From IMG/VR virus record IMGVR_UViG_3300003937_000247: a stretch of DNA of 64,000 nt; one strand, given 5' to 3'. Source of the stretch: a virus. Below, one piece after another: positions 21,883 to 31,183 of this stretch. The notes beneath the pieces are model-generated. The model saw nothing but the letters and a program-made list of their open reading frames with translations, did no database searches and was not told the origin of the DNA. Numbering within the stretch: position 1 is the first letter of the stretch; every line of letters starts with the position of its first letter. A program made the translations under genes and the position numbers.

Positions 21883-22549
21883 CTCTTACGTATCCTTGGT
21901 ATGCTAAATTATATTCTTTCTTTGTAGGTCTCAATGGATCACTTTCATTCTTCCACCTTGATGAGTGTAACACTATAAACATTAGACCAAAATCTTTTGC
22001 CATCTGTTTAGCAATGTCTAAATGATTTTCATTATAACTAAACACTATGTACTGCCACGATGGTGTTTTTTCTAAATGTTTTTTTGCCTCTAACATAACT
22101 CTAAAGAGTTTGTTACCATCTTGGTTTATTCTATACAAATTACTTTCTTCAGGTAGTCCATCAATTCCAAATATCCATTTTGCTTTAGGGTGTGCTTTAA
22201 ATGCTTTTACGTACCACCTTTCAGGCTTTTGAGATGAGGCATTATGTATTGCAACATCTATATTTTTTTTATAAAGATAGTCTAATATTTCTACAAATTT
22301 AGGATGGTGTACAGGATCAGATAATTGACCACAGAAATTAAATGAAGTAAAATGATCTGATAACTTTCTTATTTCGTCCATAGTAGCATCTCTTCCGTAC
22401 ACTTTTCTTCCTTTAAGTGTAAAGTTGGTTTGTCTTTGACATCTCATACATTGTAAAGGACATCTATTGCTTATATCAATATTTATTCCTCTAGTTGGAC
22501 GCCTAAAAAACGAAATAGGACTTGTATCTGTTATAATTTCTCTATCCAT
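21866..22549 (-). CDS. Radical SAM protein (core domain only)
   Basis: CPLQCMRC, 'FCGQLSDP', 'FGIDGL...YRIN', 'WQYIVFSYNE'. Confidence 0.85.
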   Translation of the reverse strand: MDREIITDTSPISFFRRPTRGINIDISNRCPLQCMRCQRQTNFTLKGRKVYGRDATMDEIRKLSDHFTSFNFCGQLSDPVHHPKFVEILDYLYKKNIDVAIHNASSQKPERWYVKAFKAHPKAKWIFGIDGLPEESNLYRINQDGNKLFRVMLEAKKHLEKTPSWQYIVFSYNENHLDIAKQMAKDFGLMFIVLHSSRWKNESDPLRPTKKEYNLAYQGYVRDDKER

Positions 22550-23406
22550 GCTAATAAATTTTTTACTTTGTCTTTGTTACGATTATCTGTTAAGCACCAC
22601 GCAGGTCTTTTCCAATAGATAGGACCACCATCTTTAAAGGATTTATCTCTTAAATAAATGACTTCTTTTCCTAACCATTTGCATTCTTGTATAATTCTAG
22701 GTGCAGGATCAAAATTAGGTTTAGTATAAACATATGTATCAAACAGACCTAATAAGTTTTTCACAGGAACAAAAACGTGATTACGTTTTTCATTTATATA
22801 TTTGTCTTTGTATGCTAGAATACCGTGTGAAGGATAGTCTTTGATATGTTTTTCAACCTCTCTATAATATGTTCTATTTGTTCCTAGAAATAGATATTTA
22901 AATTTTATATCATCTACTACAGGTTTGTATATACTAAAGTTAATTATTTTTTCAAATTGTTCACCAACACCATTTACATATACTTCGTGGTCACATAAAT
23001 TGACAACTTGCTTTGGTTTAAAATGTTCAAGTGCTAAAGGATATTCCTTTGGATGATTTTCTGAATATACAGAAATAAGTTTACCACCAAACACCTGATG
23101 TAGTGTTAATTTTTGTTCTTCACTATAAGTATTATAATCCAAGTATGCTAAAGTAATTTGACTTCTACCCATAATCAATGTTATGTCATTTGAGTGAGAA
23201 ATAAAATTATTAAATATAACATTTTCGTACTTGGAATACGACTCATAAATGGCGTCTATATAGTCCTGCTCTGTATGTTTTTTATTGGGTATGATTATAA
23301 GTTTTGCATTTATGCCTTGGTCGTTGAGATAACAACAATGTTCGTAACTATAATGAAACAGTCCGTCACCAGGCTTACTTGTACATACTAAATTAACATT
23401 TTTCAT
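22531..23406 (-). CDS. Hypothetical protein, possibly GT-B glycosyltransferase-like
   Basis: First gene of the minus-strand operon; 'YVYT...FDPAPRIIQECKWLGKEV' resembles GT-B C-terminal motif. Confidence 0.5.
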   Translation of the reverse strand: MKNVNLVCTSKPGDGLFHYSYEHCCYLNDQGINAKLIIIPNKKHTEQDYIDAIYESYSKYENVIFNNFISHSNDITLIMGRSQITLAYLDYNTYSEEQKLTLHQVFGGKLISVYSENHPKEYPLALEHFKPKQVVNLCDHEVYVNGVGEQFEKIINFSIYKPVVDDIKFKYLFLGTNRTYYREVEKHIKDYPSHGILAYKDKYINEKRNHVFVPVKNLLGLFDTYVYTKPNFDPAPRIIQECKWLGKEVIYLRDKSFKDGGPIYWKRPAWCLTDNRNKDKVKNLLAWIEKL

Positions 23407-23420
23407 AACTCATTATAACA

Positions 23421-23436
23421 TATTTATGTATAAATA
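23421..23436. promoter_or_regulatory. Back-to-back late promoter boxes: CATAAATA (minus, 23421-23428) and TATAAATA (plus, 23429-23436)
   Basis: TATTTATG-TATAAATA at the divergence point of two operons. Confidence 0.65.
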
Positions 23437-23486
23437 TCAATAGAGCACTTATAAGTTATGCCAGATAATTTGACAAAGGAGTTGAA

Positions 23487-23831
23487 ATGAGTTGTTTAGA
23501 AATACTAGTAGCAATCACATTACATTTAGGCCTAGAAGGCGATTATAATAACATCCATCCACACGGTAGATGTACGATAGATAATTGGATTTCTGGTGCA
23601 TATTATAATAGTGAGGAAAATGTTAGTTTATATGTTGGTAAAAAAATACCTAATGTAGATTATAATTGGGATTTAGAAATAGGTTTAGTTACAGGTTATA
23701 GTGGTGCTAAAGTTGCACCAATGATACGATACATTAATGATGGATGGTTTGTTGCACCTTCTTATGAAACGACACACGGTGGTAATATAGGAGTAACATT
23801 AGGTTATGAATTTAAGTTGGGTGGTCATTAA
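23487..23831 (+). CDS. Hypothetical protein, possible small beta-rich membrane/exported protein
   Basis: AAGGAG RBS; hydrophobic N-terminus; 'GAYYNSE', 'GLVTGY', C-terminal 'GYEFK'. Confidence 0.6.
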   Translation: MSCLEILVAITLHLGLEGDYNNIHPHGRCTIDNWISGAYYNSEENVSLYVGKKIPNVDYNWDLEIGLVTGYSGAKVAPMIRYINDGWFVAPSYETTHGGNIGVTLGYEFKLGGH

Positions 23832-24073
23832 TGAAAGTGAGAGATGAGATATTAACAATATTAATGGAAGAGTGTGCTGAAACTAGTATTGAGTGTAGTA
23901 AGGTGATCCGTTTTAATATTGATAATACAGAAAGACTTGAAAAAGAATTAGGTGATGTGTTAATGATGGTAGAAATATTATCTGAAAATAAAATAGTATC
24001 AATGCAACGCATAAGAGAAGCATCCCAACAGAAAAGAGAAAAACTTAAAACTTGGAGTAAGATACCTTTATGA
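23831..24073 (+). CDS. MazG-like / all-alpha NTP pyrophosphatase-like small protein
   Basis: 'EECAE' and 'KELGDV' acidic motifs. Confidence 0.6.
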   Translation: MKVRDEILTILMEECAETSIECSKVIRFNIDNTERLEKELGDVLMMVEILSENKIVSMQRIREASQQKREKLKTWSKIPL

Positions 24074-24723
24074 GTACTGAAACAAGAAGTAACAAAGCAC
24101 TTCAAAGACTTTCGTTTATGGGTGATTGGTTACAAATGAAACAACGTATTGATACAAGACAAATAATGAAAGACCTTGAGCCTTATAAAGAGGATTGGAA
24201 ACCTTACAATTTAAGAAACTCAAACAATAGGTGGGGATTAAGTATTACTAGTTTAGATGGTGGTTTAAGTGGCGTACCTGATTTAGATAGTTTACTACAA
24301 TATAATAAATTAAATAAAACTAATATTACAAATCATCATATAAAAAAATACACCGAAGTATATAAGAACTCGGAAGAACTACAGAAACTTATCGCACCTT
24401 GGAAAGATTGGTTAGGTAGATGTCATTTTCTAAAACTAAACACAGGTGGATATTTTCCTGAACATTATGATATAAACAAAATAGAATATGGTTTTGATGA
24501 AATAAGATTAATTGCTTTTATTAATAACTGTAATAAAAAAGATTTAAAATTTATCTATGAGGATACAGTTAGAGATGTAGAAGATGGCACGTTATATTAT
24601 TTTAACGCAAATAAAAGACATTCAGTCTTTAGTACTTCAGACGATATAATAATGGTAGTTTTTTGTATGAAGTTTGATGACACATTGTTTGAAAAATTAA
24701 TAGAAGAATATAGGTTTGCATAA
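24070..24723 (+). CDS. 2OG-Fe(II) oxygenase-like (Asp/Asn beta-hydroxylase type)
   Basis: 'GGYFPEHYD' (HxD) and 'YFNANKRHSV' (distal His). Confidence 0.75.
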   Translation: MSTETRSNKALQRLSFMGDWLQMKQRIDTRQIMKDLEPYKEDWKPYNLRNSNNRWGLSITSLDGGLSGVPDLDSLLQYNKLNKTNITNHHIKKYTEVYKNSEELQKLIAPWKDWLGRCHFLKLNTGGYFPEHYDINKIEYGFDEIRLIAFINNCNKKDLKFIYEDTVRDVEDGTLYYFNANKRHSVFSTSDDIIMVVFCMKFDDTLFEKLIEEYRFA

Positions 24724-25253
24724 TGTGGTATCATAGAAAATTTAAATTACGATATGACGCTAACGTGTTCAATGATATAATTGAATATGCTAAAACAGCA
24801 GAATGGAAACAAGGTTACGATCAAAATGGTTTAATATGGAACATTGAAGAACTGCCTTTAAAACCTGAACAGTTTCCTATACTAAATGAATTATACGAAG
24901 GTCTAAATGCAGAATTTAAAAGACCTTCTTTTTTCCTCAGCAATGTAAAACCAGGTGGGTTAGTAAATCATATAGACCATAACAAATGGGGTAATCTTGG
25001 TATACCAATACTAGGAGATTTTAAAAATACACCTCAATATTTTTACGACCAATTCAATCATCCTGTAGAGTCATTTATAAATGATAGTCCTGTTATATTC
25101 AACACACGTATGCTACACGCTGTGCCTAGAGAATTAGACGACACAGGACCGAGATGGATTTTAATGATGGATTTATTTGATTGGGTTGATAAGTTATTTG
25201 CTAAAGTTGATAATAAAACAATATGGACAGACACAAAGAATTTTAATGCGTAA
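24723..25253 (+). CDS. 2OG-Fe(II) oxygenase-like (paralog 1)
   Basis: 'PGGLVNHID...FNTRMLHAV...RWIL'. Confidence 0.7.
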   Translation: MWYHRKFKLRYDANVFNDIIEYAKTAEWKQGYDQNGLIWNIEELPLKPEQFPILNELYEGLNAEFKRPSFFLSNVKPGGLVNHIDHNKWGNLGIPILGDFKNTPQYFYDQFNHPVESFINDSPVIFNTRMLHAVPRELDDTGPRWILMMDLFDWVDKLFAKVDNKTIWTDTKNFNA

Positions 25254-26937
25254 CTTTTATTTTTTACAATTACCTTTGACAAGTGACGCTGCTTGTTTAC
25301 CTCAAGCAATAGGTACTATATGGAGTTATTGTGAACAATTTAAAGAAGTAAATACAAAATATAGACTTTCAGGTGTATGGTGGATAGAAAAGATAGACAT
25401 AATTGAGCCAGACGTTGTGGCTGCAAGTTGTTATATGTGGAACTGGAAAGAAACATATGAAGTATTAAAAGATGTAAGACGTAGGTATCCTAAATGTAAA
25501 ATAATTGTAGGTGGTCCTGATCCACAATATACATCTGAATGGTGTAAAAAGCATCCTGAAATAGACGCTGTGATGGCATACTATGGTGAAGAAACTATGA
25601 GAAGATTTTTAGTTGAGGACAATTTAGATATACCTGGTATAGTTACTAAAGATTTTAACAATGCAGCTCAGGCAGAATATGCTGATCCTAAAATGATTCC
25701 TAGTCCATATCTAAATGGATTCTTTGATAGGTTATTAAAAGGTGATTGGAGTACTAAAAAATTCCGCTATAATAAGAAACCAATTAGAGTAATATTTGAA
25801 GGTAATAGAGGTTGTCCTTATACTTGTTCCTTCTGTGATATTGGTCACAAGAAATATACTAAAATACAAATGTTTGATACAGAAAAATGTTTACAAGAAT
25901 TGCAATGGATGTGTGAAAAAAATGTAAGTTCCATAGATGTTGCTGATAGTAACTTTGGTATATTTCCTAGAGATGAAAAATTTGTAGATTATATAGTATC
26001 ACAAAAAAAACTTGGTGTCTTTAATGGTAGATTTATGCCTACTTGGGCAAAAACACACGGTGACAAAATAATCAGATTAGCAAAAAAATTGCAAGACGGT
26101 GATGTAGATGAGATATTTGGATTTAGTTTACAAAGTACAAATCCTGAAACTTTAACTAAAATAAAAAGAAGAAATGCGTTTGATATAAAAGACTTTAGAC
26201 CTATTATAAAAGATTTAAAAAAGGATGGTGTTTCATCATATACTGAATTAATATTCCCTTTACCAGGAGATACACTTGAAACATTTAAAAATGGTTTACA
26301 CGAAATAGTTAATATGCCTGCACCGTTTGATATGATACAAATTAATACATTAAGTAGATTAAGTAATACAGAATTTAATACTGGATTTCCTGAAATGAAA
26401 TGGAAGAATATAAAAGGTACTGCAAAACCATATAACAATGATGTTATAGATGAGATTGCTGTTGCAACAGACACAATGACAGAAGAGGAAGTGTTTGAAG
26501 GATTTTTCTATAGTAGAAGTTTTATTATACCAATGTATTGGTATGGTCTATCAAAATATTTAGCAGATTGTTATTATGATATTAATAACAATAGAAGTGA
26601 ATTATATAAAAACATTTATAATAATTTATTTCAACAAAAGGTATTTTCTGATCATAAGTTGGAAGTAAAAGAACATTACTTTAAAGCAATAAACGATTAT
26701 AAAGATATTGGATATAAGATACTTATTGATGATATAAATTACTATACAGATACAGCTTATTCTCATTTGTTTTATGTTGAGAATAATATATTTGGTACGC
26801 TAAAAGAAATGTATCCTGAATATGATGAAATTATTGACCAAAATAGAAATGATTTCAGACCTATTTTTGATAAAAAGGAATGGCTACGGGATATTCACGT
26901 AAGAGGAAGATTTGGCGAATCTTGGAAAGATGTATAA
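25246..26937 (+). CDS. Cobalamin-binding (class B-type) radical SAM enzyme
   Basis: N-terminal B12-binding signatures 'PDVVAASCYMWN', 'IVGGP', 'GEE'; RGCPYTCSFC; 'DSNFG'; 'LIFPLPGDT'. Start placed at ATG 25246. Confidence 0.9.
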   Translation: MRNFYFLQLPLTSDAACLPQAIGTIWSYCEQFKEVNTKYRLSGVWWIEKIDIIEPDVVAASCYMWNWKETYEVLKDVRRRYPKCKIIVGGPDPQYTSEWCKKHPEIDAVMAYYGEETMRRFLVEDNLDIPGIVTKDFNNAAQAEYADPKMIPSPYLNGFFDRLLKGDWSTKKFRYNKKPIRVIFEGNRGCPYTCSFCDIGHKKYTKIQMFDTEKCLQELQWMCEKNVSSIDVADSNFGIFPRDEKFVDYIVSQKKLGVFNGRFMPTWAKTHGDKIIRLAKKLQDGDVDEIFGFSLQSTNPETLTKIKRRNAFDIKDFRPIIKDLKKDGVSSYTELIFPLPGDTLETFKNGLHEIVNMPAPFDMIQINTLSRLSNTEFNTGFPEMKWKNIKGTAKPYNNDVIDEIAVATDTMTEEEVFEGFFYSRSFIIPMYWYGLSKYLADCYYDINNNRSELYKNIYNNLFQQKVFSDHKLEVKEHYFKAINDYKDIGYKILIDDINYYTDTAYSHLFYVENNIFGTLKEMYPEYDEIIDQNRNDFRPIFDKKEWLRDIHVRGRFGESWKDV

Positions 26938-27548
26938 TGTTAATTGAACAAGGTAAATTTTATGTTAAATGTCATAACATATATTACAACCAACAATGGT
27001 TAGTTGATGTGTTAGATAGTTTATCTCCTAAAGATTGGGTAGATGGTGTTAGCACAACAGGTGTGGCATGGACAGTTAGTGAATGTAGAACTATTCCATA
27101 CGAAGGAATGTGGAAAGATATTGTAGAAAATATTAATTTAGATACTGTAGGAAGCTCAGAAAGAGGACTAGAAGATAAAAAACCTTGGTGTTTCTTTTCT
27201 AAATTACCACCAGGTGGTATCAATCTTCATTATGACCATAGACGTTGGGGTGCTATACTATTTCCTGTAAGAGGTAAGTTTGAACTTACGCCTCAAATAT
27301 TTGCAACTGAAAATTATACAGAAATAGAAAGATTTAATTTTGAGAAAAGTAAAATACATAACAATGGTACACCAGTATTTTTTGACAGCAGAGTTTTACA
27401 CGCTGTACCTACACCTATAGATGATGAGGAAGAAAGAGTTGTATTTTCTGTCAACATACACTCACACCCTACAGAAATGTATAAGAAGGCAATAGATGGA
27501 ACTTGGTTAAATAAAAATACAGAAAATATAGGAGTATCAAATGACTAA
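26937..27548 (+). CDS. 2OG-Fe(II) oxygenase-like (paralog 2)
   Basis: 'PGGINLHYD...FDSRVLHAV...RVVFS'; TAATG coupling sets start at 26937. Confidence 0.7.
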   Translation: MLIEQGKFYVKCHNIYYNQQWLVDVLDSLSPKDWVDGVSTTGVAWTVSECRTIPYEGMWKDIVENINLDTVGSSERGLEDKKPWCFFSKLPPGGINLHYDHRRWGAILFPVRGKFELTPQIFATENYTEIERFNFEKSKIHNNGTPVFFDSRVLHAVPTPIDDEEERVVFSVNIHSHPTEMYKKAIDGTWLNKNTENIGVSND

Positions 27549-28143
27549 TTTCTATTCTATACAAGCAGATAAATTAAAGTTTGATAGAGATATGCTGGTT
27601 GACTTTTATAAAACTGTGGATCAAACTAAATGGATACATAGACAGGACAAGTTACCTCAATATTGGCCTATAGATGAAAATAATAGTTTTGATCGTAACC
27701 ATGAATTTTATAAACTACTCGTAGAGAATATCAATGTTGATGTAGATGAAAATAGAATATATTTTAGTAGAGTACATCCTGGTGGTATACCAAATCATTG
27801 GGACTTTGAAAATTTTACTAAATTACAATTTCCAGTTATTTGTGATGAGAAGAATGATGACTGGTCTAAAACACCAGTAATTTTTATAGACCAATTTGAT
27901 CAAACTGTAGAGCGTGTAGAACATACAAATAATACACCTCTACTTTATAGTGCTAATTATATGCACGGTACAATTAAATCTTTAGATAACCATAATGATA
28001 GAATAACATTTGTTGTTGATTTAAAATTTTGGTTTGAAAGAGTTAGGATAAAGTATAACGAGGGTACTTTATTTACGAATAACAAAGCGTTTTCTTGGAG
28101 TGACACCACGTTTGTTATGGACGAGGACCCACTCGTTAATTAA
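27541..28143 (+). CDS. 2OG-Fe(II) oxygenase-like (paralog 3)
   Basis: 'PGGIPNHWD...YMHG...RITF'. Confidence 0.65.
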   Translation: MTNFYSIQADKLKFDRDMLVDFYKTVDQTKWIHRQDKLPQYWPIDENNSFDRNHEFYKLLVENINVDVDENRIYFSRVHPGGIPNHWDFENFTKLQFPVICDEKNDDWSKTPVIFIDQFDQTVERVEHTNNTPLLYSANYMHGTIKSLDNHNDRITFVVDLKFWFERVRIKYNEGTLFTNNKAFSWSDTTFVMDEDPLVN

Positions 28144-28172
28144 GAGATAAGTATAATATAGAAAAGGAAACA

Positions 28173-28373
28173 ATGAAAAAAATAGTAATGATAATAGGAA
28201 CACTTTTAATAACAGCTGCAATAGCAGGTTGTTCTATACCTAAAAATCCAAAACTAACTTTTGGTAAGAAGTGTGTAGATAAAGGTGAAAATATTGTATA
28301 TTCATATGTATGGTTATATGATAAAGAAGGTGGCTTAGAAGCCAACGAAGATACTTGTAAAAAGATTGACTAA
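28173..28373 (+). CDS. Small lipoprotein
   Basis: MKK + hydrophobic stretch + lipobox IAGC; AAGGA RBS. Confidence 0.65.
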   Translation: MKKIVMIIGTLLITAAIAGCSIPKNPKLTFGKKCVDKGENIVYSYVWLYDKEGGLEANEDTCKKID

Positions 28374-28404
28374 ATAACAACACTAGTTTATTGTGAGGTA
28401 TATT

Positions 28405-28911
28405 ATGATGAGATTGATTATGACATTTTTATGTATTTCAGGCGTTCTTGCCTTGGGAAGGATAATTCCACATCCCCCAAATTTCACACCAATATTAGCT
28501 ACAGCAATCTATACTCCATATTTGATTAATGATAGATGGATTGCAATGGCTATTCCTTTGTTAGCAATGTTTATTGCTGATATAGTTATAGGTTTTCATC
28601 CATATATGTTATGGGTATATGGTGCGATAGGTTTATCAACTTTAATTAGTGATTGGTCAATGCAGTTTAATAAAAAGTATATTCAATTAGGTGCAATGGC
28701 AATTGTATCTTCTGTATTATTTTTTATCATAACAAATTTTGCAGTATGGACTATGTGGGATTATTATCCAAAAACAATTGATGGTTTAATAATGTGCTAT
28801 ACAATGGCAATACCTTTTTTTAAAAATACATTATTAGGAACTATAGTATATACATCACTTATAGTATTAACAGTTCAGAAAGGAATGAAATATGCGAAAA
28901 ATTATATTTAA
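28405..28911 (+). CDS. DUF6580-like / ECF S-component-like membrane protein (putative vitamin transporter)
   Basis: 'RIIPHPPNFTP', 'MFIAD..IGFH', 'SSVLFFIITNFAVW', 'YPKT..GL..CY.MAIPFF.NTL.G'; about six TM helices. Confidence 0.75.
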   Translation: MMRLIMTFLCISGVLALGRIIPHPPNFTPILATAIYTPYLINDRWIAMAIPLLAMFIADIVIGFHPYMLWVYGAIGLSTLISDWSMQFNKKYIQLGAMAIVSSVLFFIITNFAVWTMWDYYPKTIDGLIMCYTMAIPFFKNTLLGTIVYTSLIVLTVQKGMKYAKNYI

Positions 28912-29077
28912 AATAATTTTGTTAATGGGATTAGTAGGCTGTTCAAGTCATACATTCGCACCAGATACAACGACATTAAAATATGGTCAAACTGGCCAAG
29001 ATGGTGATGGTGTTAATGGTGATTACGATTCAAATAATTTTGCCATTACACAAACGTTTAAATGGTCAAAACAGTAA
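28892..29077 (+). CDS. Small lipoprotein
   Basis: MRK + hydrophobic stretch + lipobox LVGC. Confidence 0.55.
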   Translation: MRKIIFKIILLMGLVGCSSHTFAPDTTTLKYGQTGQDGDGVNGDYDSNNFAITQTFKWSKQ

Positions 29078-29091
29078 GGTAGTTTTTAATA

Positions 29092-30381
29092 ATGCCACCC
29101 GATCTTATACTTTGGGCAATAATTGGTACCTTTAGTGGTGTATTATTTGGTCTTATACCTGGTGCAGGAGCTTTTATTGCAACAGCAATTTTATATCCTT
29201 GGTTAACTGATATATCTTCCATCAATGTTATGATGTATTATGTAACAGTTTTGATAGCGACACAATATACAAATAGTGTTACAGCAATTCTATATGGTAT
29301 ACCTGGTGACGCAGCTGCTATGGTTACAGCCCGAAATGGACATAGACTATTCTTAAAAGGTTTTGGTCACTTAGCCGTGACTAGTAATGCAGTCAGCAGT
29401 ACAGTTGGAGTTATATTTGCAACAACTGTTTTTATTTTAATATTACCCACAGTTATAGAAGTGTTTAGATTTTATAATAGTGTACTACAAACTTTTATTA
29501 TTGCAGCTGTAATATTAATGATTACTTTTTTAACTAAACAAAACAAATTGATAACAATATCATTTTTTGCATTGGGAGGTATACTTGCAAAAATAGGTGT
29601 TGATGGTGTTACATTTGATAAATTTCTAGTGTTTAATAATTCATATTTGGCAATAGGTGTACCTTTTGCAAGTGTGATGATTGGGTTGTATATTGTACCT
29701 GAATTATTAAGATTGAAAAGTTTTAAAATTGAAACACCTAAACGTATAAATACTTTTACAGTTGGTAAAGATACAACTACGCCTACACTCATAGGATGCT
29801 TCGTAGGTTTTTGGTGTGGTCTTGTACCAGGTGTTACAAATATTCTTGGCAGTTATGCTAGTGCAAATATTGTTAAACGGTTTTTCAAAAAACCAGTACT
29901 AAAAAGCATAGCAGCCGCAGAGGCAGCAAATAATAGTGGCGCTCTAAGCTCACTCTTGCCTTTGCTTATACTAGCGATACCTATCACAGGTAGTGAAGTG
30001 TTGATATTTTATATTATGTTAGAAAATGGTTTTACTTTCAACGCTACAAATACAGTTAATAAATTAGGAGATATAATTTATATTATTCCTTTTGTTACTG
30101 TTTTTTGCCTTTGGTTAAGTTGGTATGGCTTCAATCTGTTAGGAAAGATTGCATATTACTATAAGAGATATAGAAATATTGCCAATCTCATTCTCCTCTC
30201 TACAATCGGTACAGTAAGTATTTTAATATTTCCAAAGCACGAATGGATGTTAATTTGCATACTTACTCTTTCTGCTATCGGTTTTTTACTCAAACGCTGG
30301 GATACAAGTCCTGTTATATATGGATATTTCTTAAGCGATTTATTTTACGAAAATTTAATTAGAACACTAATTATCTTATAA
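29092..30381 (+). CDS. tctA: Tripartite tricarboxylate transporter large permease (TctA family)
   Basis: 'GLIPGAG', 'AILYGIPGDAAA...NGH', 'GLVPG', 'AAAEAANNSG...LLPLLILAIP'; polytopic membrane protein. Confidence 0.85.
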   Translation: MPPDLILWAIIGTFSGVLFGLIPGAGAFIATAILYPWLTDISSINVMMYYVTVLIATQYTNSVTAILYGIPGDAAAMVTARNGHRLFLKGFGHLAVTSNAVSSTVGVIFATTVFILILPTVIEVFRFYNSVLQTFIIAAVILMITFLTKQNKLITISFFALGGILAKIGVDGVTFDKFLVFNNSYLAIGVPFASVMIGLYIVPELLRLKSFKIETPKRINTFTVGKDTTTPTLIGCFVGFWCGLVPGVTNILGSYASANIVKRFFKKPVLKSIAAAEAANNSGALSSLLPLLILAIPITGSEVLIFYIMLENGFTFNATNTVNKLGDIIYIIPFVTVFCLWLSWYGFNLLGKIAYYYKRYRNIANLILLSTIGTVSILIFPKHEWMLICILTLSAIGFLLKRWDTSPVIYGYFLSDLFYENLIRTLIIL

Positions 30382-30397
30382 TAAAAAAGGAAAAAAA

Positions 30398-31183
30398 ATG
30401 AAAAAAATAATGATGATACTATTGAGTATGTTTATAACAACCTCTTTGTACGCTCAAGTAACAATAGTGAACCCAGGTTCAAGCGAAGGTGCGTTTAGAC
30501 AAGTACTCACAACAATAGGTTCAACATTTGACCACGACTTTGTTCAGGCTCATAATCCAGTTACTGCTTATTCTTACATAGATGGAGCAGTTGACGGTAC
30601 TGAACCAATGTTAACTGTTTGGTCTAGTGAATGGCCAGGTGATGATAGTTTACAAAGTCCAAAAATATCTAAAGATAATATAATTGCTTTGATGACATAT
30701 GAAACGCTTATATGTAGCAGACAATTCAATTCATTAGAAGATATGGGTGGTAAAACTGTTAAGATTGCAACGTGGGGAAGTGAACCTGTTGCAAAATTTT
30801 TAAATAATTTAGGTGCAAAGTATGATGTTAATTTTGTAGTTGTGCCTTATGGTGGAAGCGGAAGTACAACAAAAGGTTATATTGGCAAAGACGCTAATAC
30901 AGTCTTTACAATTACTTCACGCCAATCCGCATTGGAAGAAGATACGTCAACAAAATGTATTGCCTTTTCTGAACACGGTGATTTCGGTTTTAGATTTTTA
31001 GACGCTATTATTACTGTCAATGCTAATGACGCCTTGGTTAATGAATTACGTTCTACTGTAACAAACCTCTCTAATACTGACGAGTGGAAAAGTAAATTCA
31101 AAGGCTCTGTAATTTACATAGGTAACGGCACAGATAAAACAATTAATATGTTTGAAGAAGCTGTTTTAAACTTTAGTAAGTAA
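30398..31183 (+). CDS. TctC/Bug-like periplasmic substrate-binding protein (divergent)
   Basis: Signal peptide; 'IVNPGS.EG' and 'VVPYGGSG' resemble TctC motifs; adjacent to tctA. Confidence 0.6.
   Translation: MKKIMMILLSMFITTSLYAQVTIVNPGSSEGAFRQVLTTIGSTFDHDFVQAHNPVTAYSYIDGAVDGTEPMLTVWSSEWPGDDSLQSPKISKDNIIALMTYETLICSRQFNSLEDMGGKTVKIATWGSEPVAKFLNNLGAKYDVNFVVVPYGGSGSTTKGYIGKDANTVFTITSRQSALEEDTSTKCIAFSEHGDFGFRFLDAIITVNANDALVNELRSTVTNLSNTDEWKSKFKGSVIYIGNGTDKTINMFEEAVLNFSK

Noticed and set aside
15687-23391. Short plus-strand ORFs within the minus-strand operon
   Set aside because: Antisense to well-supported enzymes; no independent support.
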